Assembly (NCBI GenBank): GCA_019057865.1 | Contig: JAHLWP010000009.1 | Location: 32,001-96,000 of the forward strand | DNA length: 64,000 bases | Origin: Promethearchaeota archaeon | Lineage (GTDB): Archaea; Asgardarchaeota; Lokiarchaeia; Sigyniarchaeales; SOKP01 | Reading direction: 5' to 3' | Translations under genes and position numbers: made by a program | In this document: piece by piece, positions 38,826 to 46,946 of the stretch | Layout of the letters: each line of letters opens with the position of its first letter | Position numbering within the stretch: position 1 is the first letter of the stretch | The notes under the pieces: model-generated | Seen by the model: the letters and a program-made list of their open reading frames with translations, nothing else | The model's database searches: none | What the model was told of the DNA's origin: nothing

Positions 38826-39085
38826 ATGAAATAGAAAAAACGGAAAAAGATATTGTAAAGAATTTAGATATAAGGGGAAGAGTATGTCCTATGACTTTTG
38901 TTTATACTAAGCTAGCTCTTGAAGAACTTGATAAGGGCAATATTTTAGAAGTTCTTTTAGATTTTGCTCCTGCAATTAAGAATGTACCCGAAAATTGTGA
39001 GCGACAAAGTTTAGCAGAATTACTAGAAATAAAAGAGATAGGTTCAGATAACAAATACTGGTGTTTAAAACTTAAGAAACTTTAA
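38816..39085 (+). CDS. tusA: TusA/SirA-family sulfur carrier
   Basis: LDIRGRVCPMTFVYTKLALE motif. Confidence 0.9.
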   Translation: MSINEIEKTEKDIVKNLDIRGRVCPMTFVYTKLALEELDKGNILEVLLDFAPAIKNVPENCERQSLAELLEIKEIGSDNKYWCLKLKKL

Positions 39086-39091
39086 ATTATC

Positions 39092-40123
39092 ATGCAAGAA
39101 TTAATAAAACTCCATAAAAAAAGTAAACTTTTAGGATTAGGATTAATTTCAGGAGGATTGGATAGTTTAATTGCTTCTCTAATATTAAAACTACAAGACA
39201 TTGAAGTTGTAGGTCTAAATTTTAAATCCCCATTTTGTATTTGCGATAAAGCTTTAAAAAATTCAGAATGCGGATTAAACCTCTACTTTGAAAAGTTAGG
39301 GATTAATCTCTTCTTTATTCAGAAAGGAGATGACTATTTAGATATAATAAGTAATCCTAAATATGGATTTGGAAAAAATTTAAATCCTTGCATTGACTGT
39401 AGGATTTACATTCTTAAAAAGGCAAAAGAATTTGCAGAAAGAATTAACGCAGATTTTATTTTTACTGGAGAAGTATTAAACCAAAGACCAAAATCTCAAA
39501 ATCTAAAAGCTTTAAAAATAATAGATAAGGAATCTACTCTTGAAGGAAGTTTGCTTAGACCTTTATCTGCTTTATTATTAAACCCTACAATAATGGAGAA
39601 AAAGGGACTAATAGATAGATCTAAATTATTGGGAATAAAAGGTAGGAGTAGAAAGATTCAACTTGAATTGGCTAAAAAACATGGTTTATTAAAAGAATAC
39701 TTTGCGTGTGGAGGTTGTTTATTAACGGACACACGATTTTCTAATAGGATGAGAGATTATCTTAAATTTAATAAAAATCCTACAATGAATGATATAAATA
39801 TCCTTAAATATGGGCGTCATTTTCGATTTAATAATTCAAAAATTATTGTAGGTAGAAATGAATTCGAAAATAACATGTTAATTCAAATAAAAAATGCTAA
39901 TAATTTAATAATGGAAGCTAAAGATGTATCTGGACCTGTTACTATCATTCAAGAAAAATTTGATGAAAATATTATTAATTTTGCAGCTAAACTGACTTTA
40001 AGATATTCAGATGCTGAAAAACCTTATGGACAAATAATTTATGGAAATAATCCAAAAGAATTAGATAAAATGATAATAGTGAAAAAGATAAGCGATGAGT
40101 ATCTTAAATCGTTCATCTTATAA
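39092..40123 (+). CDS. PP-loop tRNA thiouridylase-like protein (ThiI/MnmA-related, no THUMP domain)
   Basis: SGGLDS, NPCIDCR, TGEVLNQRPKSQ, CGGCLLT, GRHFR, VGRNE.EN. Confidence 0.85.
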   Translation: MQELIKLHKKSKLLGLGLISGGLDSLIASLILKLQDIEVVGLNFKSPFCICDKALKNSECGLNLYFEKLGINLFFIQKGDDYLDIISNPKYGFGKNLNPCIDCRIYILKKAKEFAERINADFIFTGEVLNQRPKSQNLKALKIIDKESTLEGSLLRPLSALLLNPTIMEKKGLIDRSKLLGIKGRSRKIQLELAKKHGLLKEYFACGGCLLTDTRFSNRMRDYLKFNKNPTMNDINILKYGRHFRFNNSKIIVGRNEFENNMLIQIKNANNLIMEAKDVSGPVTIIQEKFDENIINFAAKLTLRYSDAEKPYGQIIYGNNPKELDKMIIVKKISDEYLKSFIL

Positions 40124-40182
40124 TTTATTTTTTATTATCTAAATCGCGAATTTTGTAAAATATTTAATAATTTATAAATTTA

Positions 40183-40743
40183 CTATTTAAATCTCATTAT
40201 TTTCTTATATTCACAGTACTTACAATTAGCACTACAACCATCTTCTAAAATAGGTTCAAGAACTTCAGAATCAACATCGATAGGTAGAATTAAATTTTTA
40301 GCAATATCAGTTATGATTTCCATAGAAACTTTTTGAACATTTGAGTTAGCTCTGAAATGTTGATTGACAACATTAAAAAGTTTTTTTATTTGTGTGTTTG
40401 CTAATAAAATAGTAATATTATATTTTCCACTTAATCTAAAAGTATTAAGCATGAAAGGACAATGATTTACCATTTCCATAATTTCATCCGGATTTTTTAC
40501 ATTTAAATTTACAAATGCTAATTGAATATTTATTTTTTTTAAATTTAATCCTGCTTGAAATTGTAAAATTCCTTTATCTTTAAGTTTCTTCAATCTGATT
40601 CCTACAGCTGGTTGACTCCGATTAAAAATTTCAGCAATTTGGTTATGAGTTAAGTTTGGATCTTCTTGCAACAATGAAATTAGTTTTAAATCAATCTCAT
40701 CTAATTTTAATTTTTTATTATTCATTTGCATTCTATCATTCAC
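40183..40743 (-). CDS. Lrp/AsnC regulator with C-terminal Cys motif
   Basis: LDEID..LISLLQEDP, SQPAVGIRLKKL; tail GCSANCKYC. Confidence 0.88.
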   Translation of the reverse strand: MNDRMQMNNKKLKLDEIDLKLISLLQEDPNLTHNQIAEIFNRSQPAVGIRLKKLKDKGILQFQAGLNLKKINIQLAFVNLNVKNPDEIMEMVNHCPFMLNTFRLSGKYNITILLANTQIKKLFNVVNQHFRANSNVQKVSMEIITDIAKNLILPIDVDSEVLEPILEDGCSANCKYCEYKKIMRFK

Positions 40744-40813
40744 TTTTTATAAAGAGACAATTTAATTAAAAGGTTAGACAATTCATAATTTAATTAATAT
40801 CTATTTTTCTTTC

Positions 40814-41743
40814 TTAGGCTTCAAATAAATCGGTTGATAAATATCTTTCTCCAGTATCGGGTAAAATTATAACTAAATTATCTCCTTTTTTAAAATCTTT
40901 TGAAGCCTTATAAATTCCTGCCCATGCTGCAGCTCCTGCGGAAACACCAACAAAAATTCCTTCTAATTTAGCTAAGTTTCTTGTGGTTTCTACAGCATCC
41001 TCATAATCAACTTGAATTACACTATCATAAATTTCAGTATTTAATACATCAGGTACAAACCCGGCACCAATACCTTGTATTTTATGTGAACCTGATTTTC
41101 CTCCTGACAATACAGGAGAATCTTTAGGTTCTACTGCATATACTTTCACGTGATCCCCAATTCTCTGTTTAAGAATTTTCCCAACACCCGTTATAGTTCC
41201 ACCTGTCCCAATTCCTGATACAAGTCCATCTATCTTTCCATTTAAATCATTATATATTTCCTCTGCAGTAGTTTTACGATGAATTTCAGGGTTCGCCTCA
41301 TTTTTAAATTGTTGAGGGATAAAAACTTTATCGTTGTCTTTCGCCAACTCTTCAGCCTTTTCAATGGCTCCCTTCATCCCTTTATCAGCAGGAGTTAAAA
41401 CTAATTCAGCTCCATATGCTTTTAATATTTTTCTTCTTTCAATTGTCATACTATCTGGCATTGTAAGAATTAATCTATAATTCTTAGCAGCGCATACTAA
41501 AGCTAAACCAATACCGGTATTTCCTGAAGTGGGTTCGACAATGATAGTATCTTTATTAATGATATTTTCTTTTTCTGCCTTTTCTATCATTGACATACAG
41601 ATTCTATCTTTGACACTTGCACCTGGATTAAATGATTCTATTTTTACATAAATATTTGGTTCAATATCCTCTGTTATTCTATTTAATTTTACTAAAGGTG
41701 TATTTCCTATTGTTTCAATAATATTATTATATACCTTTCCCAA
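40814..41743 (-). CDS. cysK: Cysteine synthase A (O-acetylserine sulfhydrylase)
   Basis: IGNTPLV, SVKDR PLP lysine, PTSGNTG, GTGGT, HKIQGIG, PDTGERYLST. Confidence 0.97.
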   Translation of the reverse strand: MGKVYNNIIETIGNTPLVKLNRITEDIEPNIYVKIESFNPGASVKDRICMSMIEKAEKENIINKDTIIVEPTSGNTGIGLALVCAAKNYRLILTMPDSMTIERRKILKAYGAELVLTPADKGMKGAIEKAEELAKDNDKVFIPQQFKNEANPEIHRKTTAEEIYNDLNGKIDGLVSGIGTGGTITGVGKILKQRIGDHVKVYAVEPKDSPVLSGGKSGSHKIQGIGAGFVPDVLNTEIYDSVIQVDYEDAVETTRNLAKLEGIFVGVSAGAAAWAGIYKASKDFKKGDNLVIILPDTGERYLSTDLFEA

Positions 41744-41782
41744 CTTCTTTCAACTCTTTTTCTCTTAAATTAATTATTTTGG

Positions 41783-41866
41783 TTAAATTCCATCTCCATT
41801 TAAGCCATAAAAAAAACCTAAAGTTTTTCCACAACTTAGACATCATAAAAATTCTTTCAATTTCAT
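41783..41866 (-). other. 27-codon leader ORF with in-frame TGA and CysE-like GDGI C-terminus
   Basis: MKLKEFL[TGA 41843-41845]CLSCGKTLGFFYGLNGDGI*; ends 39 nt before the cysK start. Confidence 0.6.
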
Positions 41867-41957
41867 AACATAATTGTTATTCTTTAGAATATGAATTCTC
41901 TTTTTAAATAAAAAATTTGGTGCAATATTTACATCTATTTATAAAAAGATACGATAT

Positions 41958-42245
41958 TTATCCTCCTGCAATGGCTGGTAAAAAGGATATCTCATCCCCA
42001 TCTTTGATGATTGTATTTAAATTATCAAAAGATCGAATATCCTTTCCGTTTAATCCTAAAATAACATATTTATTCAAGTTATCTGGCGACCTTAAGATAA
42101 ATTTTTCAAAATCAGAACCATAGTTTAAAATTAAACTACTTAATACATCTTTAATTGTCGAATTTTCAATAATCGGCATTATAATATCTTTAAATCCTGT
42201 AATATCTGCCAATAATGATAAAAAAGAAACTTTAATATTTATCAT
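41958..42245 (-). CDS. moaD: Ubiquitin-like MoaD/ThiS/SAMP sulfur carrier
   Basis: Beta-grasp pattern with LNG...DGDEISFLPAIAGG C-terminal diglycine. Confidence 0.92.
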   Translation of the reverse strand: MINIKVSFLSLLADITGFKDIIMPIIENSTIKDVLSSLILNYGSDFEKFILRSPDNLNKYVILGLNGKDIRSFDNLNTIIKDGDEISFLPAIAGG

Positions 42246-42380
42246 ACAAATATTTTTAAAATTATTATTCTGAGTCTACAGTTAAACAATTAAAATAATA
42301 GAAATATAAGCAATTAATTTTTATGGTTATAAAATTAAAATATTATTGTATTGTTCACGGATAATAAATAATTATCTCAT

Positions 42381-43328
42381 GTGATTTTTATTAGAAAAAA
42401 TAAATTAAACATTGGACATCTATCAACTGCCTATCATACAAATTTTATTTTAATGGAAAATGATGATTTAAAAACCAATCTCAATATTGATATCAATTGG
42501 ATTTTGTTTGGGACAGGCCCTGCAATGGTTCAAGCTTTTAAGAATGAAGAATTAGATATTGGTTATATGGGATTACCTCCTGCAATCATAGGAATTGATA
42601 ATGGAATTTCCATTAAATGTGTAGCAGGAGGACATGTTGAAGGAACAATAATGATTGCTAAAAAGAAATACAGGAGTATAAATCAATTAGATCATAATAT
42701 GTATAAAGTTCTTGAGCAATTTAAAGGAAAATCAATAGGAGTTCCAAGTAAAGGTTCTATACATGATGTTATAATAAATCATTATTTGAAAAAACATAAT
42801 TTACTAGACAAGGTTGAAGTAAAGAATTATGCACAAGCTGAATTCATTGCTTTGGATATGAAAAAAGGAATTATCGAAGGATGTGTTGGAACACCTGCAT
42901 TAGCTGTATTTGCTACAACAATTTTAGATTCTCATATTATTATTGGACCTAAGTTTTTATGGCCAAATAATCCTAGTTATGGGATATTTTTTCATTTAAA
43001 TCTCATTAAAAGTTATCCTAAGTTAATCATTATATTTCTTAAGCATCATAAAAAAGCATCTTATTTACTCAGAATCTCACAATCATTAGCAGCAGAGAAA
43101 ATTTCTAAATCTTTTGAAATGATTGACAAAAGTTATGCGGAATCTGTTTTAAAAATTTCACCAAAATATTGTATATCGCTTTCAGAAGAATATATAAATA
43201 CAACAATAGAATTTGTAAAAATCCTTCATGGATTAGGTTATATTAAAAAGAACCTTACAATAGATGATATTTTCATATCTAAATATATTCAAAAAGTACA
43301 CCCTGAAGAAGATCATTATTCAAATTAA
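42381..43328 (+). CDS. NitT/TauT/NMT1-type substrate-binding-fold protein lacking a signal peptide
   Basis: GPAMVQAF...LDIGYMGLPPA, IGVP.KGSIHDV; no hydrophobic N-terminus; no adjacent permease or ATPase. Confidence 0.8.
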   Translation: MIFIRKNKLNIGHLSTAYHTNFILMENDDLKTNLNIDINWILFGTGPAMVQAFKNEELDIGYMGLPPAIIGIDNGISIKCVAGGHVEGTIMIAKKKYRSINQLDHNMYKVLEQFKGKSIGVPSKGSIHDVIINHYLKKHNLLDKVEVKNYAQAEFIALDMKKGIIEGCVGTPALAVFATTILDSHIIIGPKFLWPNNPSYGIFFHLNLIKSYPKLIIIFLKHHKKASYLLRISQSLAAEKISKSFEMIDKSYAESVLKISPKYCISLSEEYINTTIEFVKILHGLGYIKKNLTIDDIFISKYIQKVHPEEDHYSN

Positions 43329-43651
43329 ATCTTATTTTCTTGAAATCAATTAATTTAAAAACATGCCTTTAAATTATAAAAAAGAGGAAAAGAAAATTAC
43401 GTTCAATCTTATATTTAACATAAGAGGGAAGAATAAAACTATAGTTTTATTAAGGACAAATCTAATATTAGATTGAAATAATTTCCTTCTTTTTATGAAT
43501 TAAATTAGTTATTTAAATAATTTACAGCAAATATTGCACCTAATTATTTCCACAAAAAAATACACTAATGGGTATTTCTTAATTATATTTGAAATCATAA
43601 TAAATTGTCTTTACTAAGAATATTAAAAAAAAAAATAATAGAAATTAATAG

Positions 43652-44020
43652 TTAAGCATCTGTCTGAGCTTTTTTAGTAAATAACTTAAACATTGGGCAA
43701 TCATCGAACTCTTCAATATTAAATTCACCCTCACCGTTTCCTTCGGCGATTTTTCCAACCTCAGCAAACATTTTTTCAAACATTTTTTCAAACATTTTTT
43801 CAAACATACTGGTTTTACTAAATGAAAGCGCTCCAATAAAGATTATAATTAGAGAAATTATAACGGCGATTAACCAAATTGGTATTACCACAAAAAGTCT
43901 CCAATCAAGCCACGAAATGTCAATTAATAAATCCACAAGTGCTCCGAGTGTAAAAATAGTAGCAAGTCCAAGCCCAAAGATTATTAAAAATATACCTTTT
44001 CCTTTTCCCATTTTCAACAA
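43652..44020 (-). CDS. Small two-TM membrane protein with MFEK repeats
   Basis: Two TM helices then SMFEKMFEKMFEKMFAE. Confidence 0.7.
   Translation of the reverse strand: MLKMGKGKGIFLIIFGLGLATIFTLGALVDLLIDISWLDWRLFVVIPIWLIAVIISLIIIFIGALSFSKTSMFEKMFEKMFEKMFAEVGKIAEGNGEGEFNIEEFDDCPMFKLFTKKAQTDA
43765..43807. repeat. 12-bp tandem repeat (CAAACATTTTTT) x3.6
   Basis: Exact copies at 43765, 43777, 43789 plus a partial copy at 43801. Confidence 0.95.
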
Positions 44021-44163
44021 CTTTTATTTTTACTTTTTATATTGAATGCTAAACCCTTTGTTCTCAAAAAAATTTATTAATAGATATTACATCAAGATTG
44101 TTTATAAAGAAAAATGCAAGCTTTGCGCTAATGTTTTTAAATTTTGAACTAAATATCTTAAAT

Positions 44164-45123
44164 ATGATGGAGTTATTTCCAAAAATATCAGTTATTGGAT
44201 GTGGAAATGTTGGGATGCGTTATGTTTATGCTTTGATGATTAAAGGGACTGCAAGAAAAATAGTTTTAGTTGACCTTGATAAGAAAAAACTTGGTGGAGA
44301 TGTATTGGATTTATCTCATGGCACTCCCTTCACATCACCAGTTGAAATTATCGCTGGGGACTATTCTGATATAAGAGATTCTAATTTGGTGGTAATAACT
44401 GCAGGTAAAAAACAAAAAGCAGGACAAACACGATTGGATGTAGCAAAAGATAACGTCAATTTGTATGAAATTATTATTCCTGAAATTCGAAAACATGCTC
44501 CTTCTGCTATTTATTTAATTGTTTCTAATCCTGTAGATATTCTATCTTATGCAGCATATAAATTTTCTAAAAAAAAGCCAACAGAAGTAATTGGCTCAGG
44601 AACCGTTTTAGATTCAGCTAGATTTAGATTTCTATTAGGGAAGCATTGCAATGTTGATCCTAGAAATGTACATGCTTATATTCTTGGTGAACATGGAGAT
44701 ACTGAGGTTCCCATTTGGAGTAAAGCCATGCTAGGAGGTGGAGCGCTAAGAGAATATTGCCCTACTTGTGAGAATAAAGATAAATGCAATCGGGAAGAAG
44801 AACTTAATAAAATTTTTCAAGAAGTTAGAGATTCTGCCTATAGAATAATTGATAGGAAAGGAGAGACATCATATGGAATCGGACTTTCTCTTGTAAGAAT
44901 ATCGCAAGCAATTTTAAATAATGAGAATTCTATTTTACCAGTTTCTTGCTATATAGATGATTACATAGATTTTGGTGATTTATATTTAAGTTTACCTGCT
45001 GTAATAAACAATGAAGGAGTACGCGATATATTAAAGCTCGATCTAAATCAAGAAGAACAAGAAAAACTTAAGTTCTCCGCCCAAACTCTGAAAGATGTGC
45101 TTAAAGAGGTCGGATTGAATTAA
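44164..45123 (+). CDS. ldh: L-lactate dehydrogenase
   Basis: IGCGNVG, ITAGKKQKAGQTRLD (Gln specificity residue), NPVD, DSARFR, GEHGD, KGETSYGIG; ATG 44164/44167 preferred over TTG 44098. Confidence 0.93.
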   Translation: MMELFPKISVIGCGNVGMRYVYALMIKGTARKIVLVDLDKKKLGGDVLDLSHGTPFTSPVEIIAGDYSDIRDSNLVVITAGKKQKAGQTRLDVAKDNVNLYEIIIPEIRKHAPSAIYLIVSNPVDILSYAAYKFSKKKPTEVIGSGTVLDSARFRFLLGKHCNVDPRNVHAYILGEHGDTEVPIWSKAMLGGGALREYCPTCENKDKCNREEELNKIFQEVRDSAYRIIDRKGETSYGIGLSLVRISQAILNNENSILPVSCYIDDYIDFGDLYLSLPAVINNEGVRDILKLDLNQEEQEKLKFSAQTLKDVLKEVGLN

Positions 45124-45296
45124 ATCTTTGGTTAATTAGTTTTTAAATTATTTTAGAGTAAATTTTTAAAAATTTTCCTAGTTCCAATTAGAGCATTAAA
45201 AAATATTTTAAAAATCAATATTGAAATTATTAACAGATTATTTGGTTAAGTGAAATTCTGGCACCTTTTTATGTTAGGAATTCTATTAATAATATT

Positions 45297-45860
45297 ATGT
45301 GGCTAGATAACATAGATAAGCAAATCATAAATGCATTATTTAATAAAGGTCGTGAAAGTTTAATCAGTATTGGTGAGAAGGTATTCAAACCAGATCAAGA
45401 TATAATGAGTCATGCTGGAGTTAGAAAACGGATTGTAAAATTAGAGGATTCAGAAGTACTTAAAGTCCAAGGAAATATTAATATTAATGCTTTAAATTAT
45501 CATGCCTGTTTGATTCTCTTAGAAATGAAAAACTATGAAGAAGTAAAAAAAATTATTAATGCATATTCTGATTGTCCAAGAGTTTTTTTATTAGCACATA
45601 TTACCGGTCAATATAACTTATTAATGGGAATAATAGGGCAAAATGTAGATGTTTTGCATAGATATATAAATTATTGTGGTCCAACTAATAAAGAAGGCAT
45701 ATTACATTCAGAAATTTTTTTTATGTCTGAGTTTATAACCCCAAAATTTTTACCTCTTAATCTTTTCAGCAAAAAGAGCCAGGAATCTAAGTGTGGAAAT
45801 ATATGTAAAGATTGTGAGGCTTTTTTAGATGGAAAATGTGATGGATGTGGTAATTTTTAA
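45297..45860 (+). CDS. Lrp/AsnC regulator with C-terminal Cys cluster
   Basis: LDNIDKQII, SHAGVRKRI, GQYNL; tail CGNICKDC...CDGC. Confidence 0.88.
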   Translation: MWLDNIDKQIINALFNKGRESLISIGEKVFKPDQDIMSHAGVRKRIVKLEDSEVLKVQGNININALNYHACLILLEMKNYEEVKKIINAYSDCPRVFLLAHITGQYNLLMGIIGQNVDVLHRYINYCGPTNKEGILHSEIFFMSEFITPKFLPLNLFSKKSQESKCGNICKDCEAFLDGKCDGCGNF

Positions 45861-45901
45861 TAAAATTTTATATTTAACAGATTAAATATTTAAATCTTTA
45901 T

Positions 45902-45920
45902 AAGTTTCAAATTGAAACTT
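45902..45920. promoter_or_regulatory. Palindrome AAGTTTCAA-A-TTGAAACTT
   Basis: Perfect 9-bp arms between the Lrp gene and the small wHTH gene. Confidence 0.45.
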
Positions 45921-46050
45921 TATATGAGATCTTGTTGCATACTGAAATTAAAAGTTAGAAAACTGTTTAAATTAGTCAAATTCGGTAAATATTAAATAAG
46001 AACATGCTTTTAAATAAATTGGGATAAACTTAAATTAATTAGCAATTTGT

Positions 46051-46323
46051 TTGAAGCAAATTTTTATGATTGTTGAAGATAAGTACTATGTTACAGATTA
46101 TAAGACAAAACAAGAATTATTTTCGTTATCTCCATCAAGTAAATTTATTTTATACATATTAAAACAAAGAGGACCCTTAAATCAAAAAGAAATTTCAAAG
46201 AAAACTCTTCTACCTAAACGTACAATTGCATATTCCTTAAAAAGACTTCAAGAGTACGCCTTTATAAGAAAATATAAAGATATAAAAGATAAACGAGTAA
46301 GTTTCTTTGAAGTTTTAATTTAA
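46051..46323 (+). CDS. Small MarR-like winged-helix protein
   Basis: LSPSSKFILYIL...LNQKEI..KTLLPKRTI.YSL..L, DKR. Confidence 0.85.
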   Translation: MKQIFMIVEDKYYVTDYKTKQELFSLSPSSKFILYILKQRGPLNQKEISKKTLLPKRTIAYSLKRLQEYAFIRKYKDIKDKRVSFFEVLI

Positions 46324-46431
46324 AAAATTGCTTTCAATTATGAAAATGTAAAAAATTTTAAAATATAAAATTGAATATGTTCAATTTTTAATTGGTGCTT
46401 AGCGTAATTGGAATGCTAATTCGAAAATGAG

Positions 46432-46869
46432 TTAACTTCCCCTTATTTTTTCAAGTAATAGACTTTTATCCTTGGTTTGAAATATAGAAAAAGTTCCTAA
46501 TGCTTTTGAGACTAGTTGATTGTCATTTAAAATTTCTGATTCTAATGTAGCAATTTTTTTCCCAATATTGATTACTTTTGTATTACATGTAAGGACGCCT
46601 GATTTAACGCTTTTAAAGTAATGAATTTTAATTTCTATAGTTGCACATAATTCATCTTTTTCTAAATGTGAAAAAAGAGCAGCGCCCATACCAGTATCGG
46701 CCATTGAGTAGATTACACCGCCATGTATAACCATATGAGGGTTAAATAACTTCTCATTGACATCAAGAACACATTGAGAATAACCTTTATGGGACTTTGT
46801 GAACTTTAATCCTATAAGCTCCCCAAAAGGATGAAATCCTTTCATATTAAAGGGAGATTTTTCTGTCAT
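46432..46869 (-). CDS. PaaI-family hotdog thioesterase
   Basis: NPHMVIHGGVIYSMADTGMG. Confidence 0.92.
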   Translation of the reverse strand: MTEKSPFNMKGFHPFGELIGLKFTKSHKGYSQCVLDVNEKLFNPHMVIHGGVIYSMADTGMGAALFSHLEKDELCATIEIKIHYFKSVKSGVLTCNTKVINIGKKIATLESEILNDNQLVSKALGTFSIFQTKDKSLLLEKIRGS

Positions 46870-46946
46870 GTTAAATCAAAATCATTTAAAATTTAAGAAT
46901 ATTTATCATAAATTAATTAGAAAATAACTGAAAGTGGAGATTTATT

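Noticed and set aside
40744-40813. SECIS downstream of cysK serving the UGA peptide
   Set aside because: An AUGA is present on the minus strand but I could not build a convincing stem.
43363-43422. Basic mini-ORF MPLNYKKRKRKLRSILYLT
   Set aside because: Expected by chance in A-rich DNA; no supporting context.
44098-44163. TTG-initiated N-terminal extension of LDH
   Set aside because: Looks like promoter sequence; the LDH fold begins at Met 44164/44167.
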